64,000 nucleotides of DNA from Chloroherpetonaceae bacterium (GCA_025055975.1 JANWWM010000080.1:3635-67634); one strand, 5' to 3'; positions 40,150 to 49,743 are shown, counted from the first letter of the stretch. Numbers and translations: made by a program. Notes: generated by a model not told the origin, from the sequence alone.

Positions 40150-40282
40150 TCGCTCGCGCGCCCTTCCAAGTTTTGTCGAAAGCGTTTCTTTCCGTCGGCG
40201 ACAACGCTTAACTTTCGGCGTTGCGAACTTTGATGACGGAAAGTTCCAACAAGTCATTTCGCAAACGCAAACGGGAGTCTTT

Positions 40283-40498
40283 ATGACGCGAGGACAAGGC
40301 ATCGCGATCGGCGTGATTTCCTTCTTGGCGGGGGTCGCCGTCGGAATGCTTTTCGCGCCGAAAAGCGGCAAGGAACTGCGACAAGAACTGCGCCAAAAAC
40401 TTGGAGAAGCGACCGACCTTTACGGCAATCTCAACTTCTCGAACCTGACCGAAGAGGACATCGAGCGAGAACTCACTCAAAAAGATTCTCGCCGATAG
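40283..40498 (+). CDS. YtxH-domain small membrane protein
   Basis: 'FLAGVAVGMLFAPKSGKELRQEL'; GGAG SD. Confidence 0.85.
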   Translation: MTRGQGIAIGVISFLAGVAVGMLFAPKSGKELRQELRQKLGEATDLYGNLNFSNLTEEDIERELTQKDSRR

Positions 40499-40504
40499 CG
40501 CGGT

Positions 40505-40921
40505 TCAGACCTTGCGCCGTCTTGGAACGATGAGTCGCTCGACCAACGTTTTTAGGCGCGTTGCCAGTTCGCTCCAAAGCGTTGGTTCGGAGTCGAACAA
40601 CGGTTCGGAGCTTTCAAGGTAACGGTCGCAGTATTCGAGGTAGCAAAGTTCCATCTCCGATTTGAGCCGCTTGTAACGCGCTTCTCCGAGAAACTTGGCG
40701 ATGCGCTCCTCGAGCTCTTTTTTCAGAGAGGGGAGCGCGTCCGCGTCGCAAAGCCGTCGCGCCTCGCCGAGTCGCTTGACGCTTTCTCGCAGAAAGGCGA
40801 TTTCGCGCTTGGTTAATTCGCCCGAATGAATGTAAAGTTCGGAGAGTTCCAGAAAGTCGAAGTTCGTGAAGGAGACGTTTCGCAGAATCTTCTCATTGCG
40901 ACGATGAATTTGTCCCGTCAT
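40505..40921 (-). CDS. Hypothetical helical protein (138 aa)
   Basis: Strong SD AAAGGAG 7 nt before ATG 40921; no recognised motif. Confidence 0.7.
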   Translation of the reverse strand: MTGQIHRRNEKILRNVSFTNFDFLELSELYIHSGELTKREIAFLRESVKRLGEARRLCDADALPSLKKELEERIAKFLGEARYKRLKSEMELCYLEYCDRYLESSEPLFDSEPTLWSELATRLKTLVERLIVPRRRKV

Positions 40922-41088
40922 TGTTGTTTCTCCTTTCTCAATGATTCCCGTCGAGTTAATTGGAAGGCGAGCGAAAATTACAAACTCTTTGACGACGGCG
41001 AAATCGCGGAAAGATTTTTGAAAAAACCCGTTTTTGCTTTGCCTCAAAACTGCGATATTTGAAGCCAACGTTTTCAACTCAAACCTTT

Positions 41089-41385
41089 ATGCCGAAAGCC
41101 ATCGAACGCAAGAAAGATCGCGACCGAAAGAAATCCCTCCCCTCGCGCCCCAAGCGCGAACTCGTTTTCGAAACGATGCCCCTGCAAAAAGAAAACTACG
41201 TTTTGATTGCCGTTGGGTTCGCCATCATTTTGCTTGGCTACGCGCTCATTGGCTTTGAAAGCGAGGTTGACGGCTTTCTTTCGCTCAACGTGTCGCCGCC
41301 GCTCGTCATTGGGGGCTTCGTTTGGATCATTTACGCGATTCTTCACAAACCGAAACCCAACGACCGTCACAACGGCGCATTCTGA
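41089..41385 (+). CDS. DUF3098-type two-TM protein
   Basis: 'KENYVLIAVG...GYAL...SLNVSPPLVIGGF..IIYAIL.KP'. Confidence 0.8.
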   Translation: MPKAIERKKDRDRKKSLPSRPKRELVFETMPLQKENYVLIAVGFAIILLGYALIGFESEVDGFLSLNVSPPLVIGGFVWIIYAILHKPKPNDRHNGAF

Positions 41386-41409
41386 CTTCAACCATAAAAT
41401 TTTTTCGCA

Positions 41410-42582
41410 ATGCCGTCTCAATCAACGCCTTTGTCGCTTAACTGGCTCAACGTCATTTTCCTTTCCGCAACGCCGATTTTGGGAATCGCGGGCGCGATTT
41501 GGTGGAGCGCGACGGGGCAATTCAACATCGCAACCCTTGTTTTTTCGCTCGTTTATCTCAATCTCACGGGCATCAGCATCACGGCGGGCTATCATCGCCT
41601 TTTTTCGCATCGCAGTTACGACGCGGCAAAGCCCGTTCAGTGGCTTTTCATTGCGCTTGGCAGCGCCTGCTTTGAAGGCTCGGTCGTCGATTGGTCGACC
41701 GACCACCGCGTTCATCATCGCTATCAAGACCGCGAGGAAGATCCCTACGCGATTCACAAGGGATTTTGGTTCGCGCACATCGGTTGGCTTTTTGCGAAGA
41801 ATTGGCGCGCCGATGGCTCCGCCGTGCCTGACCTTTGGAAAAGCCGCGTCATTCGACACCAGCATCAGCGCTACATTCTTTGGTCAACCTTTATGGGTCT
41901 CGTTTTCCCAACGCTCGTTTGCGCGCTGTGGGGCGACGCTTTGGGCGGCTTGATGATTGGCGGATTCTTGCGCGTCGCCATCAATCAACAACTCACCTTT
42001 CTCATCAATTCGCTTTGCCACTACGCCGGCTCAAAGCCGTTTTCGGACAAAATCACGGCGCGCGACAATTGGTTCGCCGCGCTTCTCACTTACGGCGAGG
42101 GCTATCACAATTTCCATCACGCTTTTCCCGGCGATTACCGCAACGGCATTCGTTGGCACGATTTCGACGCGACGAAGTGGTTGATTTACGGCTTGTCCAA
42201 AGTTGGATTGGCATGGCGACTTCACGAAGTTCCGCCTGAACGCATTTTGCAAAGCAAGGTCTTGACGCAGGAAAAAGCCTTGCGCGAAAAACTTTCGCTT
42301 CAAACCGTGAAGTCTCCCGTTCTGCTGGAGCAAATCCACAAAACCATCGATGCCGCAAAAGAGCAACTCGCGCTCGCTTCGGAACGCATGACGACGATTC
42401 GTGAGCAATACGAATCGCTCAAAGTCCAATATCAATCGCTCAAAACCTCCCAGAATAAAGCCTTTGCTCGTCAGGTCGCCGATTTGCGCGCCAAGTTTTA
42501 TGAAGCGCAGCGAGAACTCAAACGCAGTTATCAGCGATGGAACGCGATGCGAAACGGCTATATGAAGTTGGCGTCGTTGTGA
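41410..42582 (+). CDS. Delta-9 acyl-CoA/acyl-lipid desaturase with C-terminal coiled coil
   Basis: His boxes 'GYHRLFSH', 'HRVHH', 'GEGYHNFHHAFP.DYRNG'. Confidence 0.95.
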   Translation: MPSQSTPLSLNWLNVIFLSATPILGIAGAIWWSATGQFNIATLVFSLVYLNLTGISITAGYHRLFSHRSYDAAKPVQWLFIALGSACFEGSVVDWSTDHRVHHRYQDREEDPYAIHKGFWFAHIGWLFAKNWRADGSAVPDLWKSRVIRHQHQRYILWSTFMGLVFPTLVCALWGDALGGLMIGGFLRVAINQQLTFLINSLCHYAGSKPFSDKITARDNWFAALLTYGEGYHNFHHAFPGDYRNGIRWHDFDATKWLIYGLSKVGLAWRLHEVPPERILQSKVLTQEKALREKLSLQTVKSPVLLEQIHKTIDAAKEQLALASERMTTIREQYESLKVQYQSLKTSQNKAFARQVADLRAKFYEAQRELKRSYQRWNAMRNGYMKLASL

Positions 42583-42662
42583 GGTCTCGCTGTTTGCGCT
42601 ATTTTCTTGCCAAGAAGTCTTTTGTTTGGCGTCGCCGCGCCAACCAAAAGATTTTTTGCGCT

Positions 42663-43262
42663 ATGACCCATCGCCTGAAGCTGAACGCAGAGATAAACGT
42701 GGATCTGTCGCTTGTCGCTCACGTTAGCGAGGGAATTTTCATCGCCAATCGAAATGGGGTTATCGTTTGGGCAAACCCTTCGTTTGAACGCATTTCGGGC
42801 TACGCCTTGGACGAAGCCGTTGGCAAGCCCGTCGATTTTTTGCGCGGCACGTTCACGGACAAAGAGGAAATTGAACGCCTCCGCGAGTCCGTTCAGCAAG
42901 GCTCTCCCATCAGTTCAGAGATTTTGAACTATCGAAAAGACGGCAAGCCTTTTTGGTCCGCGCTCACGCTTACGCCCGTTAAGAACGAGCAGGGCGAGAT
43001 TGCGCATTTCGTCGGCGTGATGCGCGACGTAACGGAGCGCAAAGAAACCGAGCGTCAAATCGCAAAATTGCAAGCCAAACTTGCGGGAATAAAGATTTTG
43101 GAGGGTTGGATTATGCAATGCGCTTGGGATAAAACCGTGAAGGACAAGAAGGGAAACTACATCAGCCTTGAAGAGTTTGTGGAACGATATACCGACGCTC
43201 GTTTTACGCATGGAATGTCCCCCAGCGCGAGAGAACGAGCGAGAAAGAAGAAATCGTCGTAA
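42663..43262 (+). CDS. Stand-alone PAS (LOV-like) sensor with a small C-terminal 'CAW...THG' domain
   Basis: 'NPSFERISGY..DEAVGK', 'NYRKDGKPFW', 'FVGVMRDVTERK'; lacks the NCRFLQ cysteine. Confidence 0.85.
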   Translation: MTHRLKLNAEINVDLSLVAHVSEGIFIANRNGVIVWANPSFERISGYALDEAVGKPVDFLRGTFTDKEEIERLRESVQQGSPISSEILNYRKDGKPFWSALTLTPVKNEQGEIAHFVGVMRDVTERKETERQIAKLQAKLAGIKILEGWIMQCAWDKTVKDKKGNYISLEEFVERYTDARFTHGMSPSARERARKKKSS

Positions 43263-43265
43263 GTC

Positions 43266-43634
43266 CTATCTTCTTCTTATCCTGTCCACGACGTCGTCAG
43301 CCGACATTTTTTCGGGTTTTTCTTCATACTTATTTCGGTAGAGCGCGCGTTGCGCGTCGCCGTCCATCGCTTCGGACAAATCTCCGAACTTGTTGAAATC
43401 CACCTTTACGTCGGGATACATTCTATCGACCACGAAGCGCGTGCGCGGCGTTTCCAATTTGGTCGTGATGGTGCGCTCTTCCAAGACGGTATCGGGCTTG
43501 TCCAAATCCGATTTTTTCTTTTTGTCCGTTGTCGCCGTTTTGCTTTTGCCTCTCGTTTTGCTTTGAGCGGCGACTTCTTCCGTGAGCAACATCGCTCCCA
43601 GCAGTCCCACCAAGATTGCGAATGCGAGTCTCAT
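43266..43634 (-). CDS. Small secreted protein, GltF/CglF-like
   Basis: SPI signal peptide, Lys-rich linker, core 'VLEERTITTKLETPRTRFVVDR'; last gene of the Glt-like cluster. Confidence 0.55.
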   Translation of the reverse strand: MRLAFAILVGLLGAMLLTEEVAAQSKTRGKSKTATTDKKKKSDLDKPDTVLEERTITTKLETPRTRFVVDRMYPDVKVDFNKFGDLSEAMDGDAQRALYRNKYEEKPEKMSADDVVDRIRRR

Positions 43635-43653
43635 AGTCGTTTGAAAGGAATGA

Positions 43654-46600
43654 TTATCCGCCGCCTTCGGATTTGATTTGTTGCTGTTGCGCTTTGCGCT
43701 TTTTGATGATGATGTTTTTCAGTTTTCGGAGTTGGTCGTCGGTCAGTTCTCCGAAGTAGGAGCAATAAATCGCGATCTTCAAGCCGTCCGTGCTTTTCAG
43801 TTCGCCGGGCATTTTGACGGCGACGATGTTTTTGCCCGTTTGCAATTTAGAAGTGATTTCATATATCACTTGGCGCGACGTGTCGATTTTGGCGTAGAGC
43901 GTCGTGTCAACTTTTGAGAGTTGCAGTTGGTCTCCAAGCAAGTCGATGAGTATTTCGTTGACATAGACTTCCATCTGATCCAGCGGAAGATCTTTTGGAA
44001 GCACCAGTTGCGCCGTTCTAATCGCTCCCTTGAAGTCGAATTCTTTTTTGAAATACACGTATTGCGGAATCCTCGTTGCGATGGCTTGGGCTTGTTTTGC
44101 CGTCGTATCGATGCTTGCCGTTTGCGACGGATTTGGGACGCTATCCGTTCTGGCTGGCGTTGATTCTTGCGCGTAGTAGCGCGGTTCGTTTCGCAAAACG
44201 ACGCGCTTCAAAGGTTTTCCGTTTCTATATCCTGTTCTTCCCGTCGTATCCGTTGGCGCTTGCGGTCTTGTCGTGTCCGTTGGCGCTTGCGGCGATTGCT
44301 GAACGGGCTGTTCAGGCGTTGGTTGCGGCACGGGCGTTTGTTGTCTCGCCGTGTCCGTCGGCGCAGGCTGTTGCGGCGCAGGCGGTGCGGCTTGACCTTG
44401 CGGCTGAACGGGCGCTTGCGGTTGAGGCGGCTGTGGTTCAGGCGCAGGCGCTTGCGGTTGAGGCGGCGCGAGTTGCTTTGTGGGCTTTGGTTCGGGCGGA
44501 GCCAAAGGCGCATACCAAATCGGCGCGACGCTCGTTTCGCCTACGGCAAACGTCGAGTCGTTGACTTTGATGATGTAATTGACTTTTTCAACCCCTGAGT
44601 TCAGCGTTACGGGCATCCAATTGGCTTTGAAATCCTTTTTATACCAATTGAAATCGTCTTCCATCGCAACCGTATCGATGTATGCCCAATCCGCTCCCGT
44701 CGAGATGAAGATTTCCTTTTCGGCTTCTTTTCCAAGCACTTCTCCGATGGTCGGGTCAATGTCAATCAAGGCTCTCAAACTTGCGATGAAGTTTTCGTCT
44801 TGGTAGTCGTCGAATTTGTCGTTCAGCGTGATGACTTGCCCAAGCACGGTTTTGGCGACCAATTGGCAAAGGTTCTTTATTCCATCGTATTTGACGGCGG
44901 CATCGCCATACCAAGTCTTTGAGAAATCCTCGTTGTTGATTTTGTTGTAAAGATTGATTCGCTTTTCGATGTCCAACGACCGACGATAGTATCCTACGCC
45001 GATGTCATACACGAATGCCATTCCTCTTCGGGCGTGTTCGCGCAAGCGGTCGGGCGGCGCGTTCAAGCGTTTGAGTTGTTCGTAAGATTCCACATACTCC
45101 GCAAGAGAGGGTTCAATGAGTTCCTGATAACTCTTTTGCAAGGCGATTCGCATTTTCGCTTCCTTGACGGCGAAATCCACGACTCCCTGCGCCGTTACTT
45201 TTTTGGTTTCGCTCAGTTGGTCTTGATACGCTTTGTCGTATTTGTCAAACAAGTTCAGAGCGGTGCGCGACAGCGAATCGGCGCGATCGACCGTTACCGT
45301 CGCCAAACGCAGCAGCGCTTGCTCGGAAAGTTTGACATAGTCGTTTTTGAGACCGAGTTCTTTGGAGCGATTAACGCCTTGCTCATAAATCTCCATTGAT
45401 TGTTGAGCCAGCGGACGAATGAATCTCGCGGTCGCGCTAACCTGCGCGGCAAGTTCGACGAGATCTTTGATGTCAATCGTAATCGCTTTTCTTCCCTTCT
45501 TTGGTTTGACGGTGATAATGCCTTTCTCCAAATCCTCCTTCGGAACCTTGAACTTCGTTTGATATAGACCGATGCTTTTTTCCTTCATCAAACCTGCTTT
45601 GTAGAACATTTCGGAGACCTTGTCGCGCGCTCGTTCCACTGACGCATCGAGCGTGGCGATGATGACGTCGTCGGGAACGTCGGTTGCGTATTGCGTAATC
45701 CATTGTTCGACGTAAGGTCGCATCGTTTCGAGCGTGGAATCCGCAAACGGTCCGCCCACTCCGGGACGCAGGTATTGGGAAATGAGCGCGATGTATTGCG
45801 ACGTGGAATCCGAATAGTCTTTGATTTTCTTGCGCGTGGCTTTGAGAGAATCGGGTTCGTTCGCCCGCATTCGCAAGAAATCTTCTTTGGCTTTCGTCAG
45901 GTTGGTGATGGTTCGATAGTAGTCGTTTCCCGCGCCTCTAAAAAATTCGCCCGCTTCTTGATTGGCGAGGACTTGATTGTAGAGAAGCTTTTGTGGCATA
46001 ATGCTATCGCCGCGCTCGTTGCGAATTTTCTCCAAAGAGTCGGGATAGATTTCGTATTTCCTCGCCATTAGCTCGGCGGTATAACCCGCGTTGTAGATGG
46101 CTTCCACTTGTCGGTATCCGCCGATTCGAATCATTTGAAGTTGATACTTGTTAAGATTTTCTTTGTAATCCAGCGCGGCTTTGTTGTCGTACTCAATGAC
46201 GGCTTGCGATTTTTCCACGACGGGTTCGTCTTTCTTTTTCTTCGATGTTTTTTGGGTCGTCTTCTTTTTCGCGCTTTGCGCCGCGCTCGCCGTAAAGGCT
46301 TCGGGTTTTACTTTCAAATACACGGGCGTTTGCTTCAAGCCGCTGAGGAGGTCTTGACTCAATCGATACAAGCTTTCGCTCGCCCAGAACGGATTTTGCT
46401 TTCCTTCGGGCAAGGCGTTGTTTCGGGCGATGGCTTTTTCGAACTCGGCTTGCGCGCCTTTCATGTCGCCGCGCTTTTGGAGATATTCGCCTCTTTTGAA
46501 GTAGGCTAAAACGCTCTGCGGACTATTCGTGTAGTTATCGGCGTAAATTCCATATGCTTCGAAAATGCCTTGCTCTTCGCCTTTCTTCTTGAAGAGTTCT

Positions 46601-49590
46601 ATTCGGTTCAGCGCCACTCTATCGGAACGATTTTGATATGGCGTTTCCGTTCCCGCTCGCGTAGCGATGAGATAATCGTTTTGGAATCGGTTGAGATATT
46701 TGTCCGTAACGCGAATCGCTTGATCGATGCTGTCGATGCTTTCATAGATGGCGATGGCGTTATACAAGTTTTCTTCCACGATGCCAATCGAATCCGAGAA
46801 GGTATCGGCGATTTTCTCGACGGCTTGGGCGAGAGCGGGTTTGTTTCCCGCTTTTTGGTAAGCATATGCGATGCCCTTATACGCCTTGATTTTGTAGACG
46901 GGGTCGTTGGTCGTGTTAAAAAGGTCGTTGTTGATTTTGACGGCGTCTTCGGTCATTCCCGCAAGCACGTAATTGTCGGCGGCGAGAACGGCGGCTTCGT
47001 CGGCTTTGCTCCATTTTCTCACTTCTCTGAACGCGCGTTCATATTCTCTGCCTGCGGCGGCGTAATTGCCTCTTTGATTGTAGTATTCGGCTCGTTTGCC
47101 AATCGAGTAGCCTATTTTTTCATAGGCGTCTCTTCGTTGCGCCTCCCAACGCGGGTCGCCCGTGTTCGGTCCGTAATAGACGGCTTTGGCAAGACGCTCG
47201 CTCAATCCATAGTCTTTCTCGTTCCAGAACGCATTTTCCATCAAGTTATAGACCGTTCCCGAATATATCGTCTGAATCGGATAGTATTGCACGAGACGCG
47301 CATTCGCCTCTCGATACTCTTTCAGCATTCCTTTGGCGATGTAGAAGTCGGAGATGACCTTGATGAGATTGACCGAGATGGAATCGTGCGGATAGAGGCG
47401 AATGTAGGTATCCGCGACTTCCAAGAATAATTTTTCGTCTTCGGTTAGGGAATCGGGCGCGCCTGAAAAACGCGCGAGCGTGTCCAGCCCAGGCGTATAA
47501 ATCGCCACTTTCTTCAATTGACAGATGGAATCGGCGTATCCGAAGGCTTGTTTGAGCGATTCTCTTCTAAACGAGATGACGGGCGAAAATTCGTCCTCGA
47601 TATCGACTCTCATGCTATCATATGCGAAATTTTTTGCGATATCGAGATAGGCGGGTATCGCGTCTCTCGTTCTGCCGAGCTTGTAATCTAAAATTTGCGC
47701 GCGTTGAAATTGCGCCCAAAAGGCTTTTTCGTCGTAGCGGGAGAAAAAGCTCGTGTAGTTCTCGACGTCTTTGACGACTTGCTCGTAGAACTCTCTGGCT
47801 TTTCTCTGACGGAACGCCATCGGATAGTCCAAGATATGTCGCTTGTTTTCGGGGGGTTGTTCCGTTCCCTCCAAAATCGCCGCTTGGTCAATGCCATAGC
47901 GAATGTTCTCAAAGAGGACTTTTCTCGAAATGCTATCGGCGAAGGCTAAAACGGTCGCATCGAAGCCCGACGTTCTGACGCTTTGTTCTTCGAAGGGCAG
48001 AACCTTGCCTGCGCTCACCGCGTCCATTCGGCGTTGAAGATCTTTGAACCATGCGCTATTTCTGCCGTAGCGGTAGAAAAGATTTTTTCTTTCCTCATAC
48101 AAAAGCGTTTCCAATTCCTCGAGTTCTTTGCCGAGTTTTTCGCCGTTGCGCGCCAAGATGTCCAATTGACTAATGACCTTGTGAGCGACCAACGGAGCGC
48201 GCTCGTAGTTCGGGTAGCGTCGCAGAAGGGTCGTGTATACCTCGTTGATTTTTTCGGGCGGTTGGAGCGAGCGCTCATAACTTTCGCCCAACATTTCATA
48301 AATCAGGGGAGCGTATCTTTTCCTCGGAAGCGAGTTGAAATAATTGTCCAGAAGCGCGATGGCGGTTTTTTCTCTATCGATTTGGTCTTGAATTTTCACG
48401 AAGCATGCGACGATATACTCCATCGCCTCGTCTTTCATGTCGGTTCTAACATAGTCGGGCAACATTCCGCCTTCGAAAATCTCTTCGGCTTTTTCGATTT
48501 CATCGACCAATTGCGTGAAGTAGACGATGGCTTGCGGATATTCGGCGAGGCGATAATAAGACCAGCCCAACTTGTATAACGCTTGATTGAAATACTCTGA
48601 ACGCTCGCCTTTTTTGACGATCAAATCTATCGCCTTTTGGTAGTATGGAATCGCGTCGCGGGTCGATTTGGGCTGGTTGCGTCGGGAGTTGAAATAGTAT
48701 TCTGCCGTCAGCATATAAGCATCAACGACGTAACGGCTATCGGGGAATCGGCGAATGATTTGCCCCAACACCGCGATGGCTTCTCGTCTTTTGTCCTCTA
48801 TTTCTTTGCGCTCCCATCGTTTCGCGTTGGGCATGTTTCTTTCGTATTGATAGGTGCGCAGAGGAGCATAGTCGCCGTATCGTTCGCCGAGAATGAAGGC
48901 TTTTCCGTATAGCGCGTCGGCGACGTATTGGCTTTGCGGCATGTCGTTGATGATGCGGTCGTAGAGCGCGATGACTTCGTCCAATTTCGGGTCAGGCGGA
49001 ACGGGCGCGCTATCGGGAAGTTTTGGTTTGGAACTCTCCTCCATTCCTCCCGCAATCCATGCATCGACTTGTTTTAAGTAATTCTTATACTCCTCCGAAT
49101 TTTGAAACGCCGCAAGCGCGCTGTCATATGGAGCGCGTTTGGCGTAATACTCTTCCGTTACTTTTTCATAGTAGAGATCGGCGTAGCGAATGGCGATTTC
49201 GTCCGCGACTTTGCTATCGGGAAAAACCTTCAAAAATTGTTCGGCGACGTTGAGGCTGGTTTGAGCGATTTTTTGCTTGCGCTCCCGGGTCTTCTCCAAT
49301 TTCTTTTCATATTCGCGCAAAATGAGTTGGATTTGGCGCATTGAAAAGCCAGAGAAGATGTTGTCGGTTTCGCGGTTTCCCGTTTTGGCGCGCATCACGT
49401 CTCTCGGAACGAGGCGGGCGGTTGAAAGCGCGCTTTGTTGGCTTTTCATAACCGATGCCGTATCTATCGGAGATTCTTTTGCGAAGTGCGCGTTGGGCAA
49501 CAGCGCAAAGAACGGCAGCAGCAGAAGAACCCTATCCCAAGCCAAACGATTGCGACGACCGATAAGGCGATGAAGCGTCTTTTTCGACAT
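43654..49590 (-). CDS. Giant secreted TPR protein, GltD/AgmU-like, with Pro/Gln linker and C-terminal beta-sandwich
   Basis: Signal peptide; 'FLKVFPDSKVADEIAIRYADLYYE', 'RFPDSRYVVDAYMLTAEYYF', 'QALYKLGWSYYRL', 'RYPNYERAP', 'RYGRNSAWF'. The CDS is certain; the GltD label is motif recall. Confidence 0.75.
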   Translation of the reverse strand: MSKKTLHRLIGRRNRLAWDRVLLLLPFFALLPNAHFAKESPIDTASVMKSQQSALSTARLVPRDVMRAKTGNRETDNIFSGFSMRQIQLILREYEKKLEKTRERKQKIAQTSLNVAEQFLKVFPDSKVADEIAIRYADLYYEKVTEEYYAKRAPYDSALAAFQNSEEYKNYLKQVDAWIAGGMEESSKPKLPDSAPVPPDPKLDEVIALYDRIINDMPQSQYVADALYGKAFILGERYGDYAPLRTYQYERNMPNAKRWERKEIEDKRREAIAVLGQIIRRFPDSRYVVDAYMLTAEYYFNSRRNQPKSTRDAIPYYQKAIDLIVKKGERSEYFNQALYKLGWSYYRLAEYPQAIVYFTQLVDEIEKAEEIFEGGMLPDYVRTDMKDEAMEYIVACFVKIQDQIDREKTAIALLDNYFNSLPRKRYAPLIYEMLGESYERSLQPPEKINEVYTTLLRRYPNYERAPLVAHKVISQLDILARNGEKLGKELEELETLLYEERKNLFYRYGRNSAWFKDLQRRMDAVSAGKVLPFEEQSVRTSGFDATVLAFADSISRKVLFENIRYGIDQAAILEGTEQPPENKRHILDYPMAFRQRKAREFYEQVVKDVENYTSFFSRYDEKAFWAQFQRAQILDYKLGRTRDAIPAYLDIAKNFAYDSMRVDIEDEFSPVISFRRESLKQAFGYADSICQLKKVAIYTPGLDTLARFSGAPDSLTEDEKLFLEVADTYIRLYPHDSISVNLIKVISDFYIAKGMLKEYREANARLVQYYPIQTIYSGTVYNLMENAFWNEKDYGLSERLAKAVYYGPNTGDPRWEAQRRDAYEKIGYSIGKRAEYYNQRGNYAAAGREYERAFREVRKWSKADEAAVLAADNYVLAGMTEDAVKINNDLFNTTNDPVYKIKAYKGIAYAYQKAGNKPALAQAVEKIADTFSDSIGIVEENLYNAIAIYESIDSIDQAIRVTDKYLNRFQNDYLIATRAGTETPYQNRSDRVALNRIELFKKKGEEQGIFEAYGIYADNYTNSPQSVLAYFKRGEYLQKRGDMKGAQAEFEKAIARNNALPEGKQNPFWASESLYRLSQDLLSGLKQTPVYLKVKPEAFTASAAQSAKKKTTQKTSKKKKDEPVVEKSQAVIEYDNKAALDYKENLNKYQLQMIRIGGYRQVEAIYNAGYTAELMARKYEIYPDSLEKIRNERGDSIMPQKLLYNQVLANQEAGEFFRGAGNDYYRTITNLTKAKEDFLRMRANEPDSLKATRKKIKDYSDSTSQYIALISQYLRPGVGGPFADSTLETMRPYVEQWITQYATDVPDDVIIATLDASVERARDKVSEMFYKAGLMKEKSIGLYQTKFKVPKEDLEKGIITVKPKKGRKAITIDIKDLVELAAQVSATARFIRPLAQQSMEIYEQGVNRSKELGLKNDYVKLSEQALLRLATVTVDRADSLSRTALNLFDKYDKAYQDQLSETKKVTAQGVVDFAVKEAKMRIALQKSYQELIEPSLAEYVESYEQLKRLNAPPDRLREHARRGMAFVYDIGVGYYRRSLDIEKRINLYNKINNEDFSKTWYGDAAVKYDGIKNLCQLVAKTVLGQVITLNDKFDDYQDENFIASLRALIDIDPTIGEVLGKEAEKEIFISTGADWAYIDTVAMEDDFNWYKKDFKANWMPVTLNSGVEKVNYIIKVNDSTFAVGETSVAPIWYAPLAPPEPKPTKQLAPPQPQAPAPEPQPPQPQAPVQPQGQAAPPAPQQPAPTDTARQQTPVPQPTPEQPVQQSPQAPTDTTRPQAPTDTTGRTGYRNGKPLKRVVLRNEPRYYAQESTPARTDSVPNPSQTASIDTTAKQAQAIATRIPQYVYFKKEFDFKGAIRTAQLVLPKDLPLDQMEVYVNEILIDLLGDQLQLSKVDTTLYAKIDTSRQVIYEITSKLQTGKNIVAVKMPGELKSTDGLKIAIYCSYFGELTDDQLRKLKNIIIKKRKAQQQQIKSEGGG
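44230..44500 (-). repeat. Coding low-complexity repeats (PPQPQAP x2, (Q/P)APTDT(A/T) x3)
   Basis: Repeated ggcgcttgcgg and tccgttggcgcttgcgg units on the plus strand. Confidence 0.75.
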
Positions 49591-49693
49591 GCGCGTTTCT
49601 TTTAACTTCTTCTCTGCGTTTGAGTCAAACCCATCTTTTAGGGCTTTTCAAAGCTTATCTGGGGCTTTTATAGAGGCTTGATTTTGAACGTGC

Positions 49694-49727
49694 AAAAAGG
49701 GAAGGCGTTTCTTTCGCCCTCCCTTTT
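49694..49727 (-). terminator. Intra-cluster Rho-independent terminator between the gltG-like and gltD-like genes
   Basis: Minus strand aaaagggagggcg-aaagaaa-cgccttcccttttt. Confidence 0.7.
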
Positions 49728-49743
49728 GAGTTTTTCCAACCTG

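Noticed and set aside
42663..43262. Canonical LOV blue-light photoreceptor
   Set aside because: The photoactive Cys (NCRFLQ) and the signalling Gln are absent.
43654..49590. Lower GC of the giant gene as proof of recent horizontal transfer
   Set aside because: The protein is rich in K/Y/I/N/E, which lowers GC by itself, and there are no mobility genes or flanking repeats. A GC3 or codon analysis is needed.
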